IMG/VR virus record: IMGVR_UViG_3300015261_000002
Coordinates: 1 to 64,000 of that record
DNA: 64,000 nucleotides
Reading direction: 5' to 3' (one strand)
Shown: in pieces, positions 26,759 through 35,435 of the stretch
Position numbering within the stretch: position 1 is the first letter of the stretch
How the letters are laid out: each line of letters opens with the position of its first letter
Notes under the pieces: generated by a model
The model's input: only the letters and a program-made list of their open reading frames with translations
What the model was told of the DNA's origin: nothing
Database searches by the model: none
Program-made: the position numbers and the translations under genes

Positions 26759-28291
26759 TTAAGCCCCGAGCAGACGCTTCACGAGTTCGTTGACGACGGC
26801 CACGGTCAGGCGCTCACGCTTGTCCATGACGTTGTCTTCTTTGCTCGTGTCCACGAAGGTGGCTTCAATAACGTCGGCGGTCAAGGTAGCACCGCAGGCG
26901 CGCAGGAACGCAGGAACCAGCGAGGTTTCCAGCAGCGTGTCCAGACGTGGATCCGATTCCTCGGTAACCACGGTATCGGCCTGAACCACATCACCGCCGG
27001 TAAAACGTTCGGCGAGAATGTAGTGGGCACGCTCCAGCTCAGAAGAGAAGGTCGACTGCACCCAGCTCATCAGCATCTGGTTTTCGCCACGGGCAACGTT
27101 GACACGTTCCAGCAGCAGCGCGTTTTCGGAGATGAAGTCGTTGATCGCTTTGACGCCGCCCTTGATGAACAGGTCGCGCGATTGAGTCGACAGCTTCTCG
27201 TGGATGTGGTTGAAGTAGGCTTTCGCGAATGCACCACCCTTACCGACGTCAGCGATGAACTCGGTCACAGTCATTGGTTTGCCGGTGAGGGCAGCCCAGT
27301 GGTAACCCATCAGCGCTTCGGTAAAGCCAACGCCTGCTTCCTGGATCTTTTCCAGGATACCGTTGGTGTAGAACACCTTCAGCTTGGCTTGCATGAAACG
27401 GGTGTCGCCGTACTGCGTCTGGTTGTGAGGAGTCAGCGAAGGCTGCTTCTCGGCCGCAATCACCAGCTGACGCTGACGGTAGACTTCTACCACCTTCTTC
27501 AGATTGATGAGGTACAGGGTCATGCCGTTCCACAGCAGGCTCACGTAACGACGGTAGGTCGCCAGCTCGCCTGTTTCCAGCCACGGCGCAGGATCTTCGC
27601 AGAAATACATCTTCGTCAGCAGCACATACATCTTCAGCAGCAGAACGAAACGCACCGACTTGATCTGCGAGAAATCGAAGATACCGTCGTTGTTAACGAA
27701 CAGGCCTTGCAGATCGTTGAAGTCGCAGATGTACCAGCTGGCATTGCCGAGCGACTCGTCGTCGTCTTCGAGGATGTTCAGCAGGTCGCCGTGAGAAGCG
27801 CCGATGAAGTCGACGATCTCTTTCTGATCCGGGTAGCGCCATTTCAGCTGGTTGGCCAGCTTCAGGTCAACACCGGTGTAGGTGAGCGACTTGTCGCGGA
27901 CTTCAGTTGGATACAGCGCCGATTCGAAGAACGGGTTGTCGACGTTGATGTACTGAACTTCGACCAGCTGCTCGGTCAGGCTTTGCAGTTGCTTGCGCGA
28001 GTACAGCAGCTGGGTGTCCTTCAGGACGCGGCGAGCCATCGGTACGCCGTAGGTACGGATGTTGCCGAGCGAGTCACGGATGATCTCAGCGAGACGCTCA
28101 GCGGACGCTTCAAGGGCCTCGGTGTGCATGTTGCCTTTACTGGCTTCCATGATTTCCTGACGGAAGCTGTCAGTGAAAGCCAATGCGCCACCCGACTCGC
28201 CGTTCAGACCGGCAATGACCGGACCCGGACGGAAGTTACCGCCGCCTACGGCGATCAGTTCGCCAAGTGCAATGCTGGATTCGCGAATCAT
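26759..28291 (-). CDS. Virion head protein (phiKZ gp177 / SPN3US gp243-like by synteny)
   Basis: ATG at 28291 (MIRESS) with RBS AAGGAG, coupled to the upstream small ORF. Confidence 0.65.
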   Translation of the reverse strand: MIRESSIALGELIAVGGGNFRPGPVIAGLNGESGGALAFTDSFRQEIMEASKGNMHTEALEASAERLAEIIRDSLGNIRTYGVPMARRVLKDTQLLYSRKQLQSLTEQLVEVQYINVDNPFFESALYPTEVRDKSLTYTGVDLKLANQLKWRYPDQKEIVDFIGASHGDLLNILEDDDESLGNASWYICDFNDLQGLFVNNDGIFDFSQIKSVRFVLLLKMYVLLTKMYFCEDPAPWLETGELATYRRYVSLLWNGMTLYLINLKKVVEVYRQRQLVIAAEKQPSLTPHNQTQYGDTRFMQAKLKVFYTNGILEKIQEAGVGFTEALMGYHWAALTGKPMTVTEFIADVGKGGAFAKAYFNHIHEKLSTQSRDLFIKGGVKAINDFISENALLLERVNVARGENQMLMSWVQSTFSSELERAHYILAERFTGGDVVQADTVVTEESDPRLDTLLETSLVPAFLRACGATLTADVIEATFVDTSKEDNVMDKRERLTVAVVNELVKRLLGA

Positions 28292-28464
28292 TTCGACGCT
28301 CCTTGAACGCAACCGGTGATGGCCTTGCTGATCTTTTCGTCCAGAACGGACTCACTCAGTGGAGCAAGGTATTGCAACCCTACTTTGGCGAGGGTCTTTT
28401 TGACCACCTCCACGGTATTGGCAACCGTGACGATGTTGGTGATGAGTTGCGCTTTATCAGTCAT
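28288..28464 (-). CDS. 58-aa protein missing from the ORF track (MTDKAQLITN...VQGASK)
   Basis: Hand-translated. RBS AGGAG, ATGA overlap with the next gene, fills the gap exactly. Confidence 0.75.
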   Translation of the reverse strand: MTDKAQLITNIVTVANTVEVVKKTLAKVGLQYLAPLSESVLDEKISKAITGCVQGASK

Positions 28465-28484
28465 CGGACCGATCTCCTGTAGGG

Positions 28485-29411
28485 TTAAAGTGATGAAGAG
28501 CTGGAGACACGATTCTTGGTCGCCATCCCTGAGTAATACGTGTCGTAGAGACGAGTGCAGATCTCGCCGACAGTGATGTCGCCATCTTTGTTGATATCGA
28601 ACCCGCTGTTTTGCAGGTAGGACTTCGCTTCGATGGGAACCGGTGAATCTTTGCGGAACAGAACTTCGTCTGGACCTTTACCTACCGCAGCAGGATAGAA
28701 GATCGTCAGATAGAAGTCTTCGAGGCGCTTGTAGACCTTGCCGCGCTTTTGCCACATTTCGAAATACTTGAACACCAGATCGAGTTGATCCAGTTGACTC
28801 ATGCGCTTGACGTCGTCGAGGGTGATGTTCAACCCGTAGGTCTTCGACAGGTCAGTCACTGCCGCAGTGCCGAACTGGATGAGACCCCAGTAGTTACTGC
28901 CGCCGTTGTTCTGTTTATCAGGACGATAGGTACCGCCCGATTCGAAGTGCATGCACGCCATCAGTGCAGACGCTGCACCCGGGAACATGTTTTGCTTCGT
29001 GCACCAGTCCCGAACCTTTTGAGTAAAGGCCGCAGGAACCAGCTTGCTCCAACCGAGGTCGTAGAACGGAACCTGGTTACGCTTGGCGTAGCTGAACAAC
29101 ACCTGACGCAAACCACCGAGGCTACCGTTACCCGGAATGCCATCAATTGCACCGGTATAGAGACCGATCAGCTTCAGGTTACTCTGGATGTCCTTGACCG
29201 CTTGTACTGCAACTTCGTAGCCAGCTCCTGAGGCAACAGGCAGGGGCACAGAGCGCCCCCCGTTGAGGAACAGGTGGTAGTCCTGAAACAGCTTCAGGAC
29301 CCCATCCCGACTTCCATTACCCCAGACGCCGTCAATACCACCAGAGTAGACATGGCCCTCACCGAGAACCACTTGAATGTCCTTAACCCCGTTGACTGTC
29401 CGGAAGCTCAT
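28485..29411 (-). CDS. Modular endolysin: two peptidoglycan-binding repeats plus lysozyme-like/SLT domain (EL188-like)
   Basis: VKDIQ...IDGxxGNGS twice; MHFESG, GLIQFG and DINKDG motifs. Confidence 0.85.
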   Translation of the reverse strand: MSFRTVNGVKDIQVVLGEGHVYSGGIDGVWGNGSRDGVLKLFQDYHLFLNGGRSVPLPVASGAGYEVAVQAVKDIQSNLKLIGLYTGAIDGIPGNGSLGGLRQVLFSYAKRNQVPFYDLGWSKLVPAAFTQKVRDWCTKQNMFPGAASALMACMHFESGGTYRPDKQNNGGSNYWGLIQFGTAAVTDLSKTYGLNITLDDVKRMSQLDQLDLVFKYFEMWQKRGKVYKRLEDFYLTIFYPAAVGKGPDEVLFRKDSPVPIEAKSYLQNSGFDINKDGDITVGEICTRLYDTYYSGMATKNRVSSSSSL

Positions 29412-29413
29412 CT

Positions 29414-32400
29414 TTACTTACCTCTGTAAATGGCAATAGCCTGTTTGGTAACCCCAACCGACAATTCACTCGTACCCAGTCGATCCCGTAAGCTCAGTAC
29501 CATGCGGTTAAAGCCGCCTTTAAAGCTACACTTGACGTCTACCACACGGCCGTCCTGAGTCATCAGCGGCTTCTTCATTACACCGTTGACGGTACCTTTC
29601 ATCTGGTTGGCAATCACGTATTTGTCCGAGGTGGTCGAGCCATCCATGGATTCAACGTAGACAGTAAACAATACCTTGCCAGGCGACAGCACAGGCTTAG
29701 CAACGTTCAGGTTGTTACCCACGCTACCTGTTGGAAAACTGCCGTCGATGGAAGACATGCGCTTGCGTTCTTTGTCTGCATTCGCAATCAATTTACGCAC
29801 ACTGTCAGACATCTTCTCCGTAGGTGAGTTGTACATCACCTCGATCTTGATCACCTCGCCATGATGCTTGGAACGATACTGTTTGATGCCCAAACGGTTA
29901 ATATCACCGATCTGAGCATTGTCGTCCCCAGCCCCAGCCAGGTGGCTCTCTTCAACTTCGCATAAAATCGCGTCGTAGTCGATTTGGTCACCTTGTTTGA
30001 CCCGGAAGGTCACAACCTTATCCACATCCACAACGAAAGTGTTCTTCGTCAGGAACGGGGTAATCGATTCCTCCATGATCTCTTTCGAAACCGCAATGGA
30101 GTCTTCGTAGGTGTCTTGGTCTTCTACCAGCGCAATACGAACTTGACGACCGTTAAGCCAAACCACTTGTCCTGGGCAGAATGGGTCACGTGCAAACCAC
30201 TGCTTGTCCCAACCCAGTACTTCACCCTTTGCAAACTTGTCACCGACCTTCATGTCAGTCACGCGGGTGTGACGATGGTACTCACCACTGGCCTCACCAA
30301 TAGCCAAGCCCAACGGATACTTCTCAACCGTACCGTCGTTATAGGTGATTTCCATGTGGTCACTTTCGACTGCCGTTACCTTGCCTGGCTCTTTAGCAAC
30401 CTTGCTGTAGAGTTCGGAAGTCCGTTGGGCGATGATGTTGTCATAGCCTGTCCGGGTGATTGGCATGGTGTAGTTTTCAGCACTGACCGCTTGAGACGCT
30501 TGAGTCGAGGTAAACATACCGCGCTTGGTGTCGTCCTTGTTCATACCAAACGCCAGGTTACCAGTCACCGACAACAGCGAGGTTGGCGACGGCTTGCTCT
30601 TCGTATCAATGTTGCCGCGGTAGTCGAGCACCAACGGGTCAGACGTCGTGTAGGTTACGAAACCTACCTTACCGCTGTCCTTGTTAGCCTCGGAGACTTT
30701 ACCCCGATACGACTTCAGCTGCACACGTGCACGCTTCCGTACCGTGATCTCAGTACGACCGCCCGTACCACCAAAGGTCAGCTCCTCCTGATCCTTCAAC
30801 TGGTGAATCGGGTTTACTTCCTCTACTCGGTTAACCGAGGTGTCCTTGAGGATGGCCATGATCACAGCTTCAGGATTGATCTCCAGCTTTTGTGCGCGAC
30901 CTTTACCTTTGTTGAAGAACTGACGAGAAGCCCCAACGAGAACTTTGTAGAAGTGTCCTGCAAAGCGCTCATAGCCCACGAACCGCTGCTCTTCCAATTC
31001 CACCTCATGACGGGTGTAATCGGTTTCCAGCAGCTTAGCTGCATCGATGAGCAGATAGTGGAAGGACTCACTGTACCCCATGCGTTTCAACTGGTCTTTC
31101 GTGACCGGGTCGATAAACATTTTGTACAGCAGGTTCATTTCAAGGAACTGCGAAGGACGAACCTTCGGATCTCCCATCAACGGACCCCACACGCCTTGGT
31201 TGTTCAGATCACTTCGGCTGAAGTTACTGATGTTGTTCAACTTAGGCAGACCACCAAAGATCAAGGTGGAGAGTTTCTCACGACGGTTAAAGATCAGGTA
31301 CTCATCGTTGAACTGGATGGCGTATTCATCGTCAGCCAGCTTTGGATTCGTCCCCATCGGCACGGCACGTGTGGTCGCCTTGGTGATCTTCAACAGCTGG
31401 TCAATACCGAAGTAGTAACACAGCACCACACCCAGTGGGAACAGATAGCCGCTGATGTTGATCACGGCATGCTCGTTAGGTGCTTTTCTGAAGTTGATCC
31501 CCATTAAACCTTCAAAGGTGTTAAACTCAACACCGTCGAGGTAGAGGTTACCGTAGCTATCGATCGTGATTGGCTTCTTATCCTTGACGCCAACCAGGAA
31601 CATCTCCGGCTTTGTGAACTTCTTGTACTCGGGATACTCTTCCAACAACTTGTCGATGCGGAAGTCCAGCATGTAACCGCCGACATTGATCCACTGGAAC
31701 CGACTGGCAAGGATGCTGTAGATCCGTGGACCGTTATAGTCACGGTTACGACCCGTACCCCGGCTCAGCGTAATGGTCTTGTCAGCCCCAGCACGCAGCA
31801 GGATTTGTTTCTTCAGCCACACACCCAGGTCGTCAACAACCTTTTTACTGCGGGTCACCATCAGCTGGCGGTCGTAGTGACTGGTCAGCAGAACAGTGCT
31901 TGCATCGATCTTCCGGATCGGTAGTTCCATGCGTTGCAGTTGCAGGTGGGACTTAACCCCGTCAACGGTAAAGGAGCCATCGTCGTTGCTCACCTTCGGG
32001 AAACGAACCGGGTGAGTGGATTGCTGACCGTCCGGGTGATGAACCTGAATGGTCACAACGTCGTAGGAACCTTCTACACCGTGGATCACTTCCTGCTTGT
32101 AGTCATTCAGTGCAAAACCGGCGTTCTGAATGCCCACCGCCATGCGAGCAATGTCCTTGTGCAGGAACTTGTTCACATAACCCTGCTTCAAGACCTTGGC
32201 ACGGCTCTGGAGCATCGAATCGTCGAGGATCGTGGGAATGTTGGCTTCAATCTTGGCGTCGCTTACAAGCGTCTCCAGCGCCTCCTGTTTGACCTCCATG
32301 AATTCAGCCAGACTCTGACCGTTCTCCATTTCGATGTGATAAACCTGAGTGCCTTTACGCATAAAGAACTGTTGTTCGGAAACAGACAGCTTACCTTCAC

Positions 32401-33787
32401 GCGCCTTCTCTTCCAGCGCCGCCATTACCCCGCTCTCGAACTTCGTGAACGGGTCCTTCTTGACCGAAGTCTCAGCCGATACCTTTTCCTGTTCGAGCAG
32501 ACGGTCATCTACATGTGATGTCCACTCTTCAATGCTTTCAGGATTTGTTCCGTCTCCCTCTTGTCCGGCCCCTTCATGAACGACGCTGTCAGTTCCTTTA
32601 CCCCCACCGAAAGCATCACGGAGAGGATCAGGATGATCAACAGTTCGCCCACTGTCATTTTTGCCAGGAAGCGCTCCTTCTCCGGGTCGATTGGATGCTT
32701 TGCTTTGCCCTTTCTCAGTTCGCGCCGCTTCTGCATCCAGGCGCCCAGACGCCTTTGCTTCTTCTCCTCGTCCATCGGATTCTTCCTCTTTTACAACTTC
32801 CTCTTCCGAGACACCACCCCGGGTAAGGTTCATCAGGGCTAAGTAAACACGCTTCGATGCGTTCAGACGTTTACTGTGTTTGTCACGCTCACTCTTCGGT
32901 GAACCTTCTTTCTCGGGTTTTGCCTTTGGATCCATTTCTGCATCCAACCACCCTTTCAGCGTACCGAGGTGTAGCACCAACGCACGACTGTTGAATACAA
33001 AGATTAGGTGGAAATCTTCGATGGCTTCAGCTGACAACTTGTTCAGCAGACTGTATTCGTAATCTCCAAACAGAAACGCCATCCAGTCCATTAACCAGTA
33101 AGAGCTTTCCTGCTTAGTTGTACGCACAGTCTTGTTGCTTGCCAACGGCCTGCCATCCCGGAAGCTCTGGACGTAATGATCGTAGTCGGTCATCAGTTCA
33201 GTAAAGGACGGCATGTGCAGTGGCAGGTCGATGCGGTAGAACTGTTTACGACGTTTTGCACGTTGGGCTTCTTCGTTAACGCCATCCATCAACAGGTTGA
33301 AGTGGTTGTAATACCGCTCGAAGTTGATGAACAACGAAGCACGAGGATGCCAGAGCATATCGGCAAGACCGTAGCTCTTAACGATCAACACCTTGTCCTT
33401 GTTGTAAACGGTATTGATGTCTTTCGTCCAGTTGTACTTGTAGTGCGTGCCGCGGTAACCGAGGATGATCTTGCGGGGTTCGATCTGTACACCACGACCG
33501 TTACCAATCACCGGGGTGTACTTGGCTGGGAACTCAACAAACACTTCATCAGGGTAGTTGCTGATAAAGGCTTCAGAAACCGAAGGACCGATCTCTTGTG
33601 GGTTGCTTGGAAAGAAGTGGACCAGCGAGGCGCGAGGCAAGATGATCTCGCCAATCCCGATGAAGACAGGGGCGATCAACTCTTGACGCTTGCGCTGCAC
33701 GAAGGCGCGATAGAACTGAGGGTATAACGCTTCATCCCCCGTTACCGCGTCTAGGGGACTCAGCGTGATCGCCGATGGGTTATTCAT
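29414..33787 (-). CDS. Virion RNA polymerase beta subunit, N-terminal part (phiKZ gp178-like)
   Basis: GGTGGR, SEANKDSGKVG, TYEDSIAVS, DKYVIANQMKGT and FNRMV motifs. Confidence 0.9.
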   Translation of the reverse strand: MNNPSAITLSPLDAVTGDEALYPQFYRAFVQRKRQELIAPVFIGIGEIILPRASLVHFFPSNPQEIGPSVSEAFISNYPDEVFVEFPAKYTPVIGNGRGVQIEPRKIILGYRGTHYKYNWTKDINTVYNKDKVLIVKSYGLADMLWHPRASLFINFERYYNHFNLLMDGVNEEAQRAKRRKQFYRIDLPLHMPSFTELMTDYDHYVQSFRDGRPLASNKTVRTTKQESSYWLMDWMAFLFGDYEYSLLNKLSAEAIEDFHLIFVFNSRALVLHLGTLKGWLDAEMDPKAKPEKEGSPKSERDKHSKRLNASKRVYLALMNLTRGGVSEEEVVKEEESDGRGEEAKASGRLDAEAARTEKGQSKASNRPGEGALPGKNDSGRTVDHPDPLRDAFGGGKGTDSVVHEGAGQEGDGTNPESIEEWTSHVDDRLLEQEKVSAETSVKKDPFTKFESGVMAALEEKAREGKLSVSEQQFFMRKGTQVYHIEMENGQSLAEFMEVKQEALETLVSDAKIEANIPTILDDSMLQSRAKVLKQGYVNKFLHKDIARMAVGIQNAGFALNDYKQEVIHGVEGSYDVVTIQVHHPDGQQSTHPVRFPKVSNDDGSFTVDGVKSHLQLQRMELPIRKIDASTVLLTSHYDRQLMVTRSKKVVDDLGVWLKKQILLRAGADKTITLSRGTGRNRDYNGPRIYSILASRFQWINVGGYMLDFRIDKLLEEYPEYKKFTKPEMFLVGVKDKKPITIDSYGNLYLDGVEFNTFEGLMGINFRKAPNEHAVINISGYLFPLGVVLCYYFGIDQLLKITKATTRAVPMGTNPKLADDEYAIQFNDEYLIFNRREKLSTLIFGGLPKLNNISNFSRSDLNNQGVWGPLMGDPKVRPSQFLEMNLLYKMFIDPVTKDQLKRMGYSESFHYLLIDAAKLLETDYTRHEVELEEQRFVGYERFAGHFYKVLVGASRQFFNKGKGRAQKLEINPEAVIMAILKDTSVNRVEEVNPIHQLKDQEELTFGGTGGRTEITVRKRARVQLKSYRGKVSEANKDSGKVGFVTYTTSDPLVLDYRGNIDTKSKPSPTSLLSVTGNLAFGMNKDDTKRGMFTSTQASQAVSAENYTMPITRTGYDNIIAQRTSELYSKVAKEPGKVTAVESDHMEITYNDGTVEKYPLGLAIGEASGEYHRHTRVTDMKVGDKFAKGEVLGWDKQWFARDPFCPGQVVWLNGRQVRIALVEDQDTYEDSIAVSKEIMEESITPFLTKNTFVVDVDKVVTFRVKQGDQIDYDAILCEVEESHLAGAGDDNAQIGDINRLGIKQYRSKHHGEVIKIEVMYNSPTEKMSDSVRKLIANADKERKRMSSIDGSFPTGSVGNNLNVAKPVLSPGKVLFTVYVESMDGSTTSDKYVIANQMKGTVNGVMKKPLMTQDGRVVDVKCSFKGGFNRMVLSLRDRLGTSELSVGVTKQAIAIYRGK

Positions 33788-33791
33788 ACCT

Positions 33792-35408
33792 TTATTTCTC
33801 CATACCGCTGGTGGCGGCTTTGAGCATAAACAAGATGGGTTCGTTTACAGGGTCATAAAGGAATCGACCGCTGCCGCTGATGTAGTACTCGCGTTTACCG
33901 AACAGGTCGTTCACTTGAGCCTTACTGTCTTCAGCGCACACACTGTTGCTGTTGAGCATGTCACCGTCGTGGTCGGAATCGAGGCCGGCCTCACGTGTTG
34001 GATCCACAGACATGGCGTCGAAGTAATCCGGACGCTCGCTGTTGTGAGGATAACGCAGGCACTCTTCGATTACTTCCCACTCGGTATTACGAATGGTCCG
34101 CGGTTTAGCCCCTTCAATGCTCAAGAGGTTAACCTTTGCAGGGAAGATAGAACCGATACCAATTACGGGGTAACGGGTCTGCTGAGAAACCTGTTCGCCG
34201 ATCACTTTGTGACAGGACAGGTAGTAGAGCTGCATGTAGGTGATCGGAGTCACCAGCTTGCGATCTTTACCCTCTGGCAGATCGTTGATGTCACTCAGGA
34301 CACAAACATCATGACCGTCGTCGTACACCAGCGCCAGATAGTGGCCAGAAAGGATGATGGGCTTGGAGCGGAGTCGTGCGTTACCAAATCCGTTAAAGAG
34401 TTTGGAGATGCCTGTGGCGGTTGACCACTTTTCGACAACGGCTGCTGAGACCTCAACATATTCATACTCCAGTGACTTACTGTTAACTAACTTGACATTT
34501 TGGGACCCTGGTTGAAAGATGTCACCCAGGTACTTGGTGAGCAGTGCGTGAATGCAGACGTACTGGAAGTTCAGCAACGCCTGATAGAGGCCCATGTCCA
34601 CCGAGTTCGGGTTAACCCCGTTCCCTTTGTGCAAGTGCTCTCTGGAGACCTTACGGGCGGTAATAACGTTACGGGTACCCGACACCACACCTCGGGTAGA
34701 GACCCGACGCTGGAAGAGACCCGACTTGCCGTCCATCAAGTCAAAGATGTACTGGTCGATGTCGTTGTAGGAACTCTGAAGCCCCCAACGAACTGTGTCA
34801 TACAGTGGGTTGTCCCCATCTTCCTTACTCGCGATCGATACAACCCGTGTGCGGAACAACAGCTTCCGATACAGATCGGTGATCTCAGGTTCAACCGTGG
34901 AACCGTCGGGTTGGAATTCGATGTCGCGCAAACCGGCAGGAGGGACCAACACCTTTGGAGCCAGTGCAATAGGCTTAAAGCGTTGGACCAGCTCAACCTT
35001 TTGTTTACGTTTGTAACTGTCGCTGAGAGTCGGATTCAATTCTCTGAAGTGTTTGATGAAGAAACTGAAACCGGTCTCCCCTTCGAGGAGGTTGGATTTT
35101 ATGAAATCTTTGGCCTGCGGGTCCCAGACGGCGTATTCCGTGCCTTTGACAATTCCGAGGTAAAGCGACTTTGTTTGAATCATCGCTTTAAAGTAAGTTG
35201 GGTTGAATATTTCTAATTTGGTATCAATGTACGCTTCGGTTTCGTCGCGCTGCTTGCTGCCCAATTTGCCAAAGATTTCAGGAGAATACAGACCCTCTTC
35301 GTTCAGGTTTTGGGTCATGCCTTCAAACGCGTCAGTGGACGTCACCGGTTGAAACACAGGCGGTGCGATTTTGTTAAAGTCCAGCAACGTAAGGTTTGTG
35401 GGTTTCAT
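33792..35408 (-). CDS. Virion RNA polymerase beta' catalytic subunit (phiKZ gp180-like)
   Basis: EGLYSPEIFG, GTRNVIT, TRYP and catalytic DHDGD. Confidence 0.9.
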   Translation of the reverse strand: MKPTNLTLLDFNKIAPPVFQPVTSTDAFEGMTQNLNEEGLYSPEIFGKLGSKQRDETEAYIDTKLEIFNPTYFKAMIQTKSLYLGIVKGTEYAVWDPQAKDFIKSNLLEGETGFSFFIKHFRELNPTLSDSYKRKQKVELVQRFKPIALAPKVLVPPAGLRDIEFQPDGSTVEPEITDLYRKLLFRTRVVSIASKEDGDNPLYDTVRWGLQSSYNDIDQYIFDLMDGKSGLFQRRVSTRGVVSGTRNVITARKVSREHLHKGNGVNPNSVDMGLYQALLNFQYVCIHALLTKYLGDIFQPGSQNVKLVNSKSLEYEYVEVSAAVVEKWSTATGISKLFNGFGNARLRSKPIILSGHYLALVYDDGHDVCVLSDINDLPEGKDRKLVTPITYMQLYYLSCHKVIGEQVSQQTRYPVIGIGSIFPAKVNLLSIEGAKPRTIRNTEWEVIEECLRYPHNSERPDYFDAMSVDPTREAGLDSDHDGDMLNSNSVCAEDSKAQVNDLFGKREYYISGSGRFLYDPVNEPILFMLKAATSGMEK

Positions 35409-35435
35409 TTAAAAATTATCCCTTAGGAGTTAAAG

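Noticed and set aside
24095-28306. Plus-strand ORFs of 334, 284 and 664 aa
   Set aside because: They are antisense shadows of minus-strand genes that have recognisable motifs or RBS.
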